Shown: in pieces, positions 44,068 through 54,658 of the stretch
Numbering within the stretch: position 1 is the first letter of the stretch
Layout: every line of letters begins with the position of its first letter
Origin: an uncultured Pseudomonadota bacterium
GTDB taxonomy: Bacteria > Pseudomonadota > Gammaproteobacteria > Steroidobacterales > Steroidobacteraceae
Direction of reading: 5' to 3'
NCBI GenBank assembly: GCA_963814675.1
Contig: CAWFDT010000015.1
Coordinates: forward strand, 321,950-385,949
DNA: 64,000 nucleotides
Program-made: the position numbers and the translations under genes
The notes under the pieces: model-generated
The model's input: the letters and a program-made list of their open reading frames with translations, nothing else
What the model was told of the DNA's origin: nothing
Databases searched by the model: none

Positions 44068-44521
44068 GTCGGTGACCGTTAGCCCGCCTCCGGACGACTC
44101 AGTCCCTCGAACAGGAAAATAGACGACTCATCGCCTGTTGGTGGCCCGTCGAACCGTGCTAGGCGCGCAGGAGTCGCGGAAAATAGCTTTGCAATCAAGG
44201 TAGGCCCTCGTATACAGACCGCAGCAAAGTCTGATGGCGGCACGGCAGCTCGATATATCCCCCGAATAGGGGGCAAACGAGGAGACCTTGAATGTTGTTC
44301 ATGACGAGCTGGGCGAGATAACGCTCACACACGAGCGTCAACGTCGGAGTGAACTTTGGTATCAGAAACGCGGCTAACTGACCGGGCCGCGAATGGACAC
44401 GCTTTCTGGCGCGTCAGTTTGTACACTCAAAAATTAACGACCACCATCGAGCACCAATGCTCGTTAATGGAAAAATGGCCTCATTTTTGGGTCCCGATGC
44501 TATGAGTGGGCCGCGAACCGT

Positions 44522-45109
<588 letters not shown>

Positions 45110-45116
45110 TTATCAA

Positions 45117-46142
45117 TCACAGGGGTGACGCCTCGACGATGCTGAAGGCGCCGGCCGTGGGTAACACTCGGCTGAACTGGAATCGCGTCGAATCGAACAA
45201 CTTCGTGTATTCCTCCACTGTGCGCTGCCGCGCTTCGCCGAAGTACATCAACATGATCATGTCGATGAGGCCGACTCGCGCGTTCGGCTCACAGGGAATG
45301 GTCAGCATCTCGATCACGAGCAACCGGTCTGTCAGGCGCATGGCCTCGCGGCACCGTCGCAGGATCTCAAGGCACTTCGCGTCGGGCCAATCGTGTAGGA
45401 CTTGGCTCAACGTCCACACCTCGCCGGTGGCAGGGATAGTGTTGAAGAAATTCCGAGCCAGAAGTTGGCACCGATCTCGGACGCCCCGATCCTTCAATAC
45501 GCGATCGGCATCGGGGAGGAGTTCGGGCTGTTCGACGAGCATCCCATGGATTTTGGGGCGGCTTGCCATGATGGCCGCGAGCAAAGACCCTATTCCGCCA
45601 CCGACGTCTAAAACGGTATTCGTCCCGGTCCAATCGTAGGCGTCGGCGATCTGTTGGTGCTCGTCTCCGCGGAGCTCAGCGAGTGCGCGATTAAAAGTAT
45701 CGTTCTCTTCGGGATGCCGCCGTGCATAGTCCCAAAAGGATTCGCCGAATACATGCTGCGTCGCGGATTGGCCACTCGCAACGCTATGACCCAGGGCTGC
45801 CGCCGACCTAATGTAGTGCTCCGAGGTCTGGTAGAGCGCGAAGTTGCAGAGTCCACCGGGCTGATGGCGAAACAGCTTAGAGACCGAGTAATTGGCGAAC
45901 ACGCCGGGAGATACCTCATTAAACGCGCCAAGTGCCCCAAGTGCCCGAAGCGCGCGTGTGAGGGCGAGGACATTCATCCCGGACCGATGCGCAAGATCCG
46001 CAACGGAGAGCGGGCCAGGCTCAAGATGGTCTGCGACGTCATGGCGAACGAGAGCTCCAATGATGGGGTTGAAGTGCAGGTGATTCAGTAACGATATCGC
46101 AGCCTGGAAGTCCGCGAACGAAGTGGTTGCACTCTTTGCCAA
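45117..46142 (-). CDS. class I SAM-dependent O-methyltransferase (family 2, with dimerisation domain)
   Basis: 341 aa, TTG start. SAM motif VLDVGGGIGSLLAAI. The LSQVLHDWPD motif is typical of plant/bacterial OMT family 2. Confidence 0.85.
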   Translation of the reverse strand: MAKSATTSFADFQAAISLLNHLHFNPIIGALVRHDVADHLEPGPLSVADLAHRSGMNVLALTRALRALGALGAFNEVSPGVFANYSVSKLFRHQPGGLCNFALYQTSEHYIRSAAALGHSVASGQSATQHVFGESFWDYARRHPEENDTFNRALAELRGDEHQQIADAYDWTGTNTVLDVGGGIGSLLAAIMASRPKIHGMLVEQPELLPDADRVLKDRGVRDRCQLLARNFFNTIPATGEVWTLSQVLHDWPDAKCLEILRRCREAMRLTDRLLVIEMLTIPCEPNARVGLIDMIMLMYFGEARQRTVEEYTKLFDSTRFQFSRVLPTAGAFSIVEASPL

Positions 46143-46706
46143 ATGTCCTATCGAGGAGGCCGAAGCGATTATCGTGCTGCTCCGTCGTTCTGATCAATCG
46201 GATCGGTCACTGGCGACGGCCACGGAGAAACTGCAGATGCACCCTGCTAAAAGCGAGCCGCTCGGAAGAGGCCGGGCAACGCCCAGCTACGGTCTCTCGC
46301 TGGCTACGCATAAAAAAATGGCAACGGGGTCGTCCACTCCTGGGTCGCGGGTATAGCAGCCATTCGCCGCAGGCTCCCTCGGGTCAGCACCGGCAGTTCA
46401 ATCCGACAGGCCGGACACGGCCAGGACCCGCCGGTCGCTCTAATTAAATGCCTACCCAGAAGCGGTCGCTCACACTGCAACCAAGGGGGTAGCGGGGCAG
46501 GATTTGGGGCCTATTGGGCAGTGCGCTTGGGCTGATTTCAGGCGACCGTCACCCACAACCGCGCAGTTTTCCGAGATGTCGATGCGACCCAACACGAGCG
46601 GCGCTTGAAGTGATCGTGCAACACACCGCCGCATCATGCGCGCTAGGATTGGGAAGGCCGGTTTTTTTCAACTGGCACGGCACTTCACTGCGGCGGGGCG
46701 CAACAA

Positions 46707-46735
46707 GAAGCCCGCAGATGGCGTCTGCGGGCTTC
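46707..46735 (-). terminator. intrinsic-terminator-like hairpin downstream of the epoxide hydrolase gene
   Basis: GAAGCCCGCAGA-cgcca-TCTGCGGGCTTC, followed on the minus strand by TTGTTG. Confidence 0.5.
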
Positions 46736-46836
46736 TAGTGAGTCTGTTGGCGGATTGTTGAACGTCACGCGCCAACGCGAATCAGTGGTTTTTGTTCAAG
46801 TCAAACGTATAAGGCATCAGAACATCCTCTGCTCCA

Positions 46837-48057
46837 CTATGCGCGCAGTGATCTGAAGCCCGCGCGAACCTCTTCTGAAAAGAGTTTCGGCTGTTCCCAG
46901 GCCGCAAAGTGTCCGCCTTTGTCGAGCTTGTTGTAGTGGATCAGTTTGGGATACGCCCGCTCCGCCCAACTGCGCGGGCACAGATCGATCTCGTCCGGAA
47001 AGGCGCTTACGGCAACCGGGATGGAAACGCCTTTGACATTGAAATACCCGAGTTTGCCGATTCTCCCAGTAGAGGCGGGCTCCGGAAATCGCCGTGTTCG
47101 TCAACCAGGTGATCGTGATGTTGTCGAGGATGTCGTCGCGCGTGAGACCGTCGGTTTCTCCGGCAAAGACGCGTGAGATCAGCGCGTAGCTCCACGCATC
47201 GTGGTCCAGAAAATAGGCGGCCAGGCCGACGGGGGAGTCCGCAATTCCGTACAACGTCTGCGGGCGCAACCCCATCTGGTAGCCGTAGGCGATGCCTTTG
47301 CTGTAGACGAATGTCAGCCGCTCGAACGCGAGTTTCTCTTCGGGTGAGAGACCGTCGGGCATTGGCGCACCGGTGAATGCCGCCTTGTCAATGTCGGCCG
47401 GAACCGCGCCAGGCATATTGGTGTGAATGCCGAGCAATTCCGGAGCCGCCTGCACACCCATTTGTTCGGTGATGACCGCACCCCAATCGCCGCCTTGCGC
47501 CACAAATTTTGTGTAGCCAAGGCGCTTCATGAGCGCGACCCATGCTCGCGCGATGTGCGCGGGGTCCCAGCCTGTGGTGGTCGGCTTGCCTGAATACCCG
47601 TAGCCTGGTATCGACGGAATCACCAGGTGGAAAGCGTCCGATGCGCTCGCGCCATGTGCCGTGGGATTGGTCAACGGATCGATAATCTTCATCTGCTCGA
47701 TGATCGAGCCGGGCCATCCGTGCGTGACGATGAGCGGCAACGCATTTTCGTGCTTCGAACGAACGTGAATGAAATGAATGTCCAGCCCATCGATCTCGGT
47801 GATGAACTGCGGCAGGGCGTTCAGTTTCGCCTCGACGCTTGCGCCAGTCGTATTCTGTCGCCCAATAGCGCGCGAGGTGCCTGAATCGTCGCGAGCTGCA
47901 CGCCTTGCGACGCATCCGGAACCGTTTCTCGGTCAGGCCACCTTGTTGCCTCTATGCGCCTGCGCAAATCGGTAAGTTCCGCTTCTGGAACATTATTCAC
48001 ATGAAACGGACGAATAGCGGTCTTATCACTGCCTGTCTGTGGTGAAACTGCATTCAT
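46837..48057 (-). pseudogene. epoxide hydrolase (alpha/beta fold with EH N-terminal domain) carrying three +1 frameshifts
   Basis: AAGGAG then ATG 48057. MNAVS...VQLATIQA, shift near 47877; [14 protein letters not shown], shift at 47834; [10 protein letters not shown]...HGWPGS...GGDWG...LYWEN, shift at 47059; [10 protein letters not shown]...[10 protein letters not shown]...SLRA, TAG at 46837-46839. Confidence 0.8.
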
Positions 48058-48645
48058 CGTTTTACTCCTTAAAAAAAGCGGAACGAGCGTGCTCGCAGCA
48101 ACCGTTGTCGCCGCGAACGGGATCACACCAGGGCGCAGAGGTCCGCGGTATTGCACCGCGGTGTTGGTAGGGCCCGGACTCGCCGGGTTTGCTCACTTGC
48201 AGACAGGTGGATAGTACTGCGAGCGCTTCAATCGCCAAAGCGAAACTCGCTTCGTGCACCGCGACATGACGCGACCGCAAGCCGTGCGGTTGTCACAGCG
48301 CGCCCTTTCCTTCGAGTGTCAGCGTAAGGCCCAGCTCTCGGCAGCGGATCTGATAAGCCGCGTGCGACTCGTAGCGCTCGCTGAGCATGAACAGAATCTG
48401 CCGGTCATCGCCGCGCACCAAAGCCGCCATTCGCGACAGGCGGCTTCGGGTCAAGAGCCGTCCCAAACCCGTTGCGTTGAGGTTTGCGCGATGAACGACG
48501 GGTAACGGGCGCCAGATCGGGCAGCAGGCGGCCAAGAGCAATGATCGGCGAGGGCCCACCAAAACAAAAGGCCCGTCGAAGCGGGCCACGTCGGGGACGA
48601 CTGCTCAGCCCCACTTGCCGGTGCGGGCATCACAGCGCGTGCGTC

Positions 48646-49125
48646 CTATAGAGCCTCGGCGCGAACGGCGAGTGCCTGCATTCCCTTGTTGAGTTCTGAC
48701 GCCAGCAGCCCCTTCATCAGATCCAAGAGCGGATGGACCATCCCCGCGGGATCGAGATAGACAGTGTACGTAACTCGTGCTCCGCCCTGCACGGCCTCGA
48801 TACGGCAGTCGTCCAAGAGCGCGTGCACGATCGCCGGGTGAACAGCGGTGGCGGTGAATGCATAACGCCGGCCAATATTCCAAGCCAAGATAAGTTCTTC
48901 GATGCTACCGCCCGGAATGTTGGTCAAGCGCCGGGTGCCTACCCCCTCTCGCTGCTCACCCAACACCACGGTTTTCGTGATAACTGGGAACCACTCGGGC
49001 TAGCGTTCGTGGTCTGCCAGGACGGCAAACACCGCGTCGGGTGAAGCCTTCGTCATCGCCGATCCCAAGAACGAAAACGGTGCCTGATCAATCCAGTCGA
49101 GAGTCTTTTGCTCTGCCGTTCCCAT
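48646..49125 (-). pseudogene. SRPBCC (START/polyketide-cyclase-like) protein with an in-frame TAG
   Basis: GGGAGG then ATG 49125. ...AVFAVLADHER, TAG at 49000-49002, then PEWFPVITKTVVLGEQ... in the same frame. The stop sits where homologues have Trp (ERWPEWFP). Confidence 0.7.
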
Positions 49126-49539
49126 GACACCTCCCATTCGTCCCGAACGGAGGTAAATTGCACGCGAACCACGCGTTGTACAATTAGACTTTGGTCCAGC
49201 TGGCGAGTTTGGCATTGTGGCAATGCTCCTGAATCTTTGCGCGATAGGAGAGAGAGAGAAAGCGGAAGCGGAAGCCGCGGTGATCGAGTTGACCCCCGTC
49301 GGACCCGTTCCCCTCGCAAAAGATACGCATAAGGGGCCCGAAGTGTCCTGACGAGCCTTTCGACAAGCCCTGACCGCGAAACCTCTGCTTCGGGTCAGGA
49401 AGCGACTGTCGGCGCGTTGGTACCAATCGACAGGCGCTCGCCGGCCAACTTCGGTCAGTGACCAAGCGAAAATGACAGCCCCGCAGCGGCCGTCCGCGCT
49501 ATGCCGTAGTATCGGGCGGGGGGTTCGGGAGGGCGGCGA

Positions 49540-50243
49540 ATGCCAGGGGGGCAAGTGATCGGAATCCACCGGCACAAATACGCCGTGCTGCTGGCGCTGT
49601 TGGTCGTCGGGCTGGCAGTTGCAACGTTCACCGCCCAGTCGGGCTTAGAGCGGTTGCGTTCCGACGCTGTGCGTACGGTACTGGGTGTTGCGATATGGAT
49701 CGTTGTTTTCGAGCGCCCGCGCGAGCGGCGCATCATGGCGGCCGTGCTTTTCGCGTTCCTGGCGCTGAACTTGGGGCCGGTACTTCGCCGCGGCAAGCCT
49801 CGCTCACGCAATAACGCTCGCGCACCAGGTGATGCTGGCGTTGCTTCTCTGGAGTGCGGTTTACGTTATCTTGCGGGACCTGTTCCGCTCTCCGGCAGCC
49901 GGTGCTGAGAGCGTGCTCGGCGCAATCTGCGGCTATCTTATCGCGGGCAACGCGTGGGCGCAGATGAATGAGATCGCGTACTTACTGGTGCCTTCGGCCT
50001 ACAGTATCAACCCCGAGTTAGCCGGCCTTCTCCACGATTGGTACGGTCGGGTGGCGCTCTTCACATACTACGGTTTTGCACAAGTTATGACGATCGGTTA
50101 TTCGGACGAAACACAGGTAACCCGCCCCGTCGACGTTGAGCCTATTCGCGGCCTTGTTCGGAGTGTTCTATACAGCTGTAGTCATATCGCAGTTCGTCGG
50201 GTTGGCGCAGAAACCCAAGCGCGAAACGTCGACGGACCAATGA
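49540..50243 (+). pseudogene. potassium-channel-like membrane protein with two +1 frameshifts and a GYSD filter
   Basis: ...FLALNLG, extra C at 49777; RYFAAASLAHAITLAHQVMLALLLW...FAQVMTIGYSDETQVTRPVD, shift near 50135; LSLFAALFGVFYTAVVISQFVGL...* (TGA 50241-50243). Confidence 0.6.
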
Positions 50244-50472
50244 GAGGCTGCGGACTGTGCGGTTGCAGCGATCCACGCGTCATTTTCTCCCAGTCTGCGC
50301 GTGAGCGAACCTTGGAGAGCCTGCCGGCGAGCGTCGCCCGTGGTTCGCTTCCTCAAAGCCGCCGTTCGCGAGTGGCAACTCCGGGTCAACACCGGCTGAT
50401 CAGCGGACCAGATCGCGGCTCAGAGCACGGCTAACTCGCCGTTGTCCCAGCGATCCCAGGTCAACGAATTGG

Positions 50473-51270
50473 CTAGCGTACGGTGAAAGCTTCCGTCGTT
50501 GTTGGCGCCCTGACACCTTTGACTAGGAACCACAAGCCAAGCGGCACTTCGTAGAAGAACATAGGAACCATATAGGTCATCGAGGCAGCCCCGAACCATG
50601 GGAAGAGAATCATCACGAGCGAGCCAATCGCTAACGCCAACGACGCAAAGATCCCCCAGCCAGCCAATGCTCTTGGCACATAGCCGGACTTGAACAACAA
50701 ATACGCAAAAACTGTGGACCCTAGGCCCAGGAACACGAACCCGACCTCGAAGCCTAGTCCTCGGGCGCTCACGAACAGCCTCGCGAGGCTCTGCAATTGA
50801 CGCGCGTCAAATACTCGCAGGTAGTCAACGCCGCTCAATAACCGCAGAGTAATGAGCCCGCTGAACGTCGTGACGGCAAGAATGGCCCCATCCGCAATCC
50901 TTAAGAACGCGCCAAGCAACGCAAGACTCTTGTCCACGGACTTGAGTAATTCGTAAAACGCCCACGCTATGACTACGTCGCTCACAAACGTGATGACGTC
51001 GACCGCGATCCCGAGCCGAAAAAGGCCTTCAAAAGCCAAAATATTGTTCGCGGTCGCCGCAGCATCGCCGGGCACGACCATCCTGCCGAGAACAAACACC
51101 TGCGAGAAGATCCCAAGGGCCATCGCAAATAGGTAGATGAACCCTGCAACCCGCGCATAGAAAAGCGGTGGTCTTGCAAAATCCTCTGTAGCCACTCTCC
51201 CTCCCTCCTCCTGGTTGGTGCCCGCGTAGCTGTTGCTGCTTAATGGACGAGGCGAACTGAATGGTTCCAC
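50473..51270 (-). CDS. DUF4386-family membrane protein
   Basis: 265 aa, 6-7 TM segments. YARVAGFIYLFAMALGIF...YVPRALAGWGIFASL is the pattern I associate with DUF4386. The exact start is uncertain. Confidence 0.75.
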   Translation of the reverse strand: MEPFSSPRPLSSNSYAGTNQEEGGRVATEDFARPPLFYARVAGFIYLFAMALGIFSQVFVLGRMVVPGDAAATANNILAFEGLFRLGIAVDVITFVSDVVIAWAFYELLKSVDKSLALLGAFLRIADGAILAVTTFSGLITLRLLSGVDYLRVFDARQLQSLARLFVSARGLGFEVGFVFLGLGSTVFAYLLFKSGYVPRALAGWGIFASLALAIGSLVMILFPWFGAASMTYMVPMFFYEVPLGLWFLVKGVRAPTTTEAFTVR

Positions 51271-51370
51271 GTTCAGACCACCCGATAACTGACTGTCGGG
51301 ATGATCGCCTTGGGGTTAATTGCGGGCGCTCGTCGAAGCCTGAGAGACACGATCAAAGGCATAACTCACT

Positions 51371-51827
51371 CGGCCGAGAACTTTCTGAGTCTATCGCTAG
51401 ACAACCAAGTGGCTCGAACGGAATGCCAGGCCGCTCAGGTCTCTTCTCAGCAGCTGTGGGCATCAAGTCCGGCCCCAGGGGATCCGATCAGACGATGAGG
51501 CTACCGGATTTCTCGTGGCCTTTACGTAGTCCCCTCGACTTGAAAACGCTCTGGATGGATGCGCTCGCAGGTCAAGGACGATGAGGAAAGCCCGCTAAAA
51601 CTAGATGATCCACTGAAACCACTGTGATCGGTCTGTCCATTGGTTGACCGGACCGACATTCCTCGAAAATATGGCGACTAACGAACAAGTTGGATCGTCG
51701 AATTTCCGTGGCCCCGATGATGGATTGGACCGAGAATTAGATATTGCATGATAGATCAATTGGTTGCGAGGTTCTGAAAAGCTCGTCGCCTTTACGTCGC
51801 CTCAACTTTTAAATTTCTGGGGCTCAT
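51371..51827 (+). repeat. full-length composite non-coding repeat (units H1 51371-51595 and H2 51580-51827)
   Basis: About 80 % identical to 55852-55620 (H1, inverted) and 55911-56154 (H2, direct). No frame is conserved between copies; indels are not multiples of 3. Confidence 0.85.
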
Positions 51828-52194
51828 GATTTGGCGTAAGCGCGACGGGGCCGTTCGGCTGGGTTGAAGAGACGGTTGGTATCCCTCGCACCTTGCGCTG
51901 CGTCGATATGCGTCACGACGCGTAGAGACGTCATTGGCCTTTCGATGGCGGTTGTTCCTTGTTTCCTAGGGGTGCCAGTTGCCAAGCCCGAAAGCATCCG
52001 CGACGATGCCGTACAAGTCGCGGGGGACACCCGAAATGGTCGACGGTGTCGGTGAGCGGAAGCGGGGCGTCGGTGCGCCTGATGTCGTTATCAGCCATGC
52101 ATCGCAGCGTGCCGCCGTTGCGAACACGGTATGGTTGTCGCCCCGGACGGGGGCCAGGCTCGCTTGGATCGGCGCAACACGATTCAGGCGTGAG

Positions 52195-52788
52195 TTGCAA
52201 CTCACGTTCCGAAAGGGCATCACATACCTCGTGCCACTTGTGATTGCCGCCGGCGCTACTGTGGCACTAGCGGCATCGAACGAACCTCTTGAGTATCTGG
52301 ACGAAGAAACGGGCGCGACTGTCACGGTCGTGGGTCGGCCGCTTGTCTTTGTCCATGACCGTTCAGGTTTCCTAGGTCACGCAGGGGACTACGTCACTCT
52401 CGCTGCCGCCGCCGTGAATCAAAGCGGGAAGATCACCTACGTACTTATCGGGTATTTCTGGTGGTCGGGTGTTCCTCCGAAAGCTGAGCTCGCACCGGCT
52501 GCTATCCAACCACTAGCCCTGCAGGCCGACGACCGGAACATACAGCTTGTTTTGCGCGCCGCGTCGGCCCGCGAGGCCGGCATCGGCGTGCCGGTGCATC
52601 GACCGCCGTTTGGCACTGCGACGCCCCATGCGTATGCCATCGACCTATCTACGATGGGGTTCATCGCCGAATCGCACCACCTCGCACTTCACATTCAGAG
52701 CGAGGACACGTCAGTGAACTACGCGCTCTTTGAGGATCGGCGTGCTGCGCTGCGGGAGTTCGTGCACCGCTTTAACGGCATTGACTGA
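52195..52788 (+). CDS. hypothetical secreted/membrane-anchored protein
   Basis: The C-terminal roughly 197 codons of ORF 51979-52788. A hydrophobic segment YLVPLVIAAGATVALAAS is present. The start (TTG 52195 or GTG 52231) is unresolved. Confidence 0.4.
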   Translation: MQLTFRKGITYLVPLVIAAGATVALAASNEPLEYLDEETGATVTVVGRPLVFVHDRSGFLGHAGDYVTLAAAAVNQSGKITYVLIGYFWWSGVPPKAELAPAAIQPLALQADDRNIQLVLRAASAREAGIGVPVHRPPFGTATPHAYAIDLSTMGFIAESHHLALHIQSEDTSVNYALFEDRRAALREFVHRFNGID

Positions 52789-52930
52789 GAGCGGCCAAAT
52801 CCGCTCGTACGATGAGGCAAAATGATAGCTCCAAAGCTGACGTTCGCGGGATCCTGCCCATAAGCGCAATGCCCTAAGCGCGCATAACCGTGAAAACCAA
52901 GAGTCAATCCCCTTCGTGCTGTTTGGCGGT

Positions 52931-53080
52931 ATGGCGCTCGCGCTGATGACAATCGCCGGCTGCGGCAATCGAGCGGCACCACCGGCTGGCACGGTGAAGC
53001 CGCCCATTCCCGTGGCGCAAGGGTTCCCGGAAAGGGTTGGAACGTTCTCTTACCCCTCTACGGCCCGCTTCAGGCGATAA
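52931..53080 (+). CDS. possible very small lipoprotein (49 aa)
   Basis: MALALMTIAGC has a lipobox-like IAGC. It is below the ORF-track length cutoff. Alternative GTG start at 52916. Confidence 0.3.
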   Translation: MALALMTIAGCGNRAAPPAGTVKPPIPVAQGFPERVGTFSYPSTARFRR

Positions 53081-53264
53081 GACATGGAAACCCGGTGAGT
53101 TCGAGCTGGTGAACTGAAACAGAAAACGGTCGCCTGCCTTAAAACCGCCATTTTGCAACCGGCAGCTATGGGTCAAGACAATGTAAAAACGCTGGTTCCG
53201 AGTGAGTCTCCGATGACGTCAGCGCCATTGGCGAGAGGGCGGCGGTTAGATAGGGGCGGGGGCG

Positions 53265-53411
53265 TTAAGCCCGGATTGCAGCCATCAGAGGGCGGATTTC
53301 GATGAGCTGCATCGCACGTTTCAGGTTGTAGCCAGAACCTGCAGGCTCATCTTGGTACTGACGCTGCCATCCGTTAGATGGCCTTACGACACTCCCTCGA
53401 CATTCCCCTGT
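53265..53411 (-). mobile_element. possible 3'-terminal relic of an IS4/IS5/IS1182-type DDE transposase gene
   Basis: The frame reads ...GWQRQYQDEPAGSGYNLKRAMQLIEIRPLMAAIRA*. The xYNLKRxxxL ending is typical of these transposases. Only about 48 codons are open. Confidence 0.3.
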
Positions 53412-53461
53412 TCAACGCCTTACCCCGCGAGTGTCTTTGGTCCCGTGACATACTCGGTCCT

Positions 53462-53800
53462 ATGCATTTCCGCATAGCGAGCATAGCCGTCGTTCTGAGT
53501 GTCACTGCGTGCGTGAAGCAAAGCCCAGATGAGCCTTTCAGCGGGACCGCCACCCTCACTTGGACTCCCGTGAGAACGGACGTTAACGGCAAGGCATTGC
53601 AAGACCTTGCTGGATACCGGATCCGTTACGGAACATCGGCAAAAGCCATGTACACGATCGTGTCAGTGAAAGATCCGAGGCAGACGACCTATGTCGTCAA
53701 GGATCTCTACCCTGGAAAGTGGTATTTCGCAGTCAGTGCGTACACCACCAGCGGTGCCGAAAGTGCTCTTTCCGGCGTTGCCTCAAAGACTGTCAAATAG
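53462..53800 (+). CDS. lipoprotein with a fibronectin type III-like domain
   Basis: MHFRIASIAVVLSVTAC carries a lipobox. TLTWTPVRTDVNGKALQDLAGYRIRYGTS...YFAVSAYTTSGAES is an FN3 pattern. Confidence 0.6.
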   Translation: MHFRIASIAVVLSVTACVKQSPDEPFSGTATLTWTPVRTDVNGKALQDLAGYRIRYGTSAKAMYTIVSVKDPRQTTYVVKDLYPGKWYFAVSAYTTSGAESALSGVASKTVK

Positions 53801-54074
53801 CTCTGCTAACCTAGGGCTCGCGGACCGATCGACAATACCGCCAAGCGGGCTGTCTGAGAAGCTACAGGCGGCGCGAAAGCGACGAAGTAAGCGTTATGTC
53901 CCCTTGCGGCCCAAAAGAGGACATGCGTGCGCGATCATCGTCATCTGTTCGACAACGAACAGACCGCGTGCATGGAAGCGAGCAAGCTGCATCGGTCAAG
54001 TTTCAACCACGAGTTGCTAAGGAGTTGGTCATCCAAAAGACGTACGGCCTCAATCGCCGTCGCTTTTGCGCTTG

Positions 54075-54278
54075 ATGTCCAGCATGAGAATCACATCCAT
54101 CGTTGCGCTTGTTCTCCTGTTGGCATCCTGTGCCAGTTCGGGTCTGTACAACATGTCGGACAACTGGTGCGCCGCGCACTTGAATGCAAGCGCGGCGCGG
54201 TGTCTCCCGGATCAGCAGCGCGTTGCTGACAAGGAGCGGGAGCGCGTCGCCAACAACGTGGCTCAACGGAACGAATAG
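54075..54278 (+). CDS. small lipoprotein of unknown function
   Basis: MSSMRITSIVALVLLLASC carries a lipobox. The mature part has two Cys. Alternative ATG start at 54084. Confidence 0.45.
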   Translation: MSSMRITSIVALVLLLASCASSGLYNMSDNWCAAHLNASAARCLPDQQRVADKERERVANNVAQRNE

Positions 54279-54658
54279 AGATTCCCGATAATCTACTGTT
54301 TTTGTGCAGAAACAGGCGTTCGTAGGCGCCAATGACTCTGCTTCGCTTCGCGAGCGCCTTTGTGCCGCTACAGTTGGCTACGCAAAGCACTACGTGGCCA
54401 ATCCGGCAGCAGTCGGCTAAAAGCGGAAGTCGGCTGGTTCAATCTCTCTGCCGTAAAGCGGTCACGGAGGAACTCACCCCCGATAACCTTCTCATTTGCG
54501 CGACATCTTCCTGTCGTACGGCCACTACGATCTTTCGACGACAAGCTGGTTTGCGGAAGACTTTGAGCGCGGGATTACGGTCTGCTAGGGCGCCTCGCTG
54601 CGCTTGCTAAGTTACACATGAGGCGAAAAGTGAGGCCGGCGCACCGGACTGCGGATCG

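Noticed and set aside
44079-44400. Possible LysR-type regulator relic upstream of the enoyl-CoA hydratase gene
   Set aside because: Only a weak resemblance (LAAFLIPKFTPTLTLVCERYLAQLV) to LysR substrate-domain sequence. There is no HTH part and no continuous frame.
48293-48430. Possible antibiotic-biosynthesis-monooxygenase (ABM) domain stub
   Set aside because: Only about 30 residues (LVRGDDRQILFMLSERYESHAAYQI) resemble the family, and the N-terminal part of the ORF is not protein-like. It is mentioned only as part of the regional decay.
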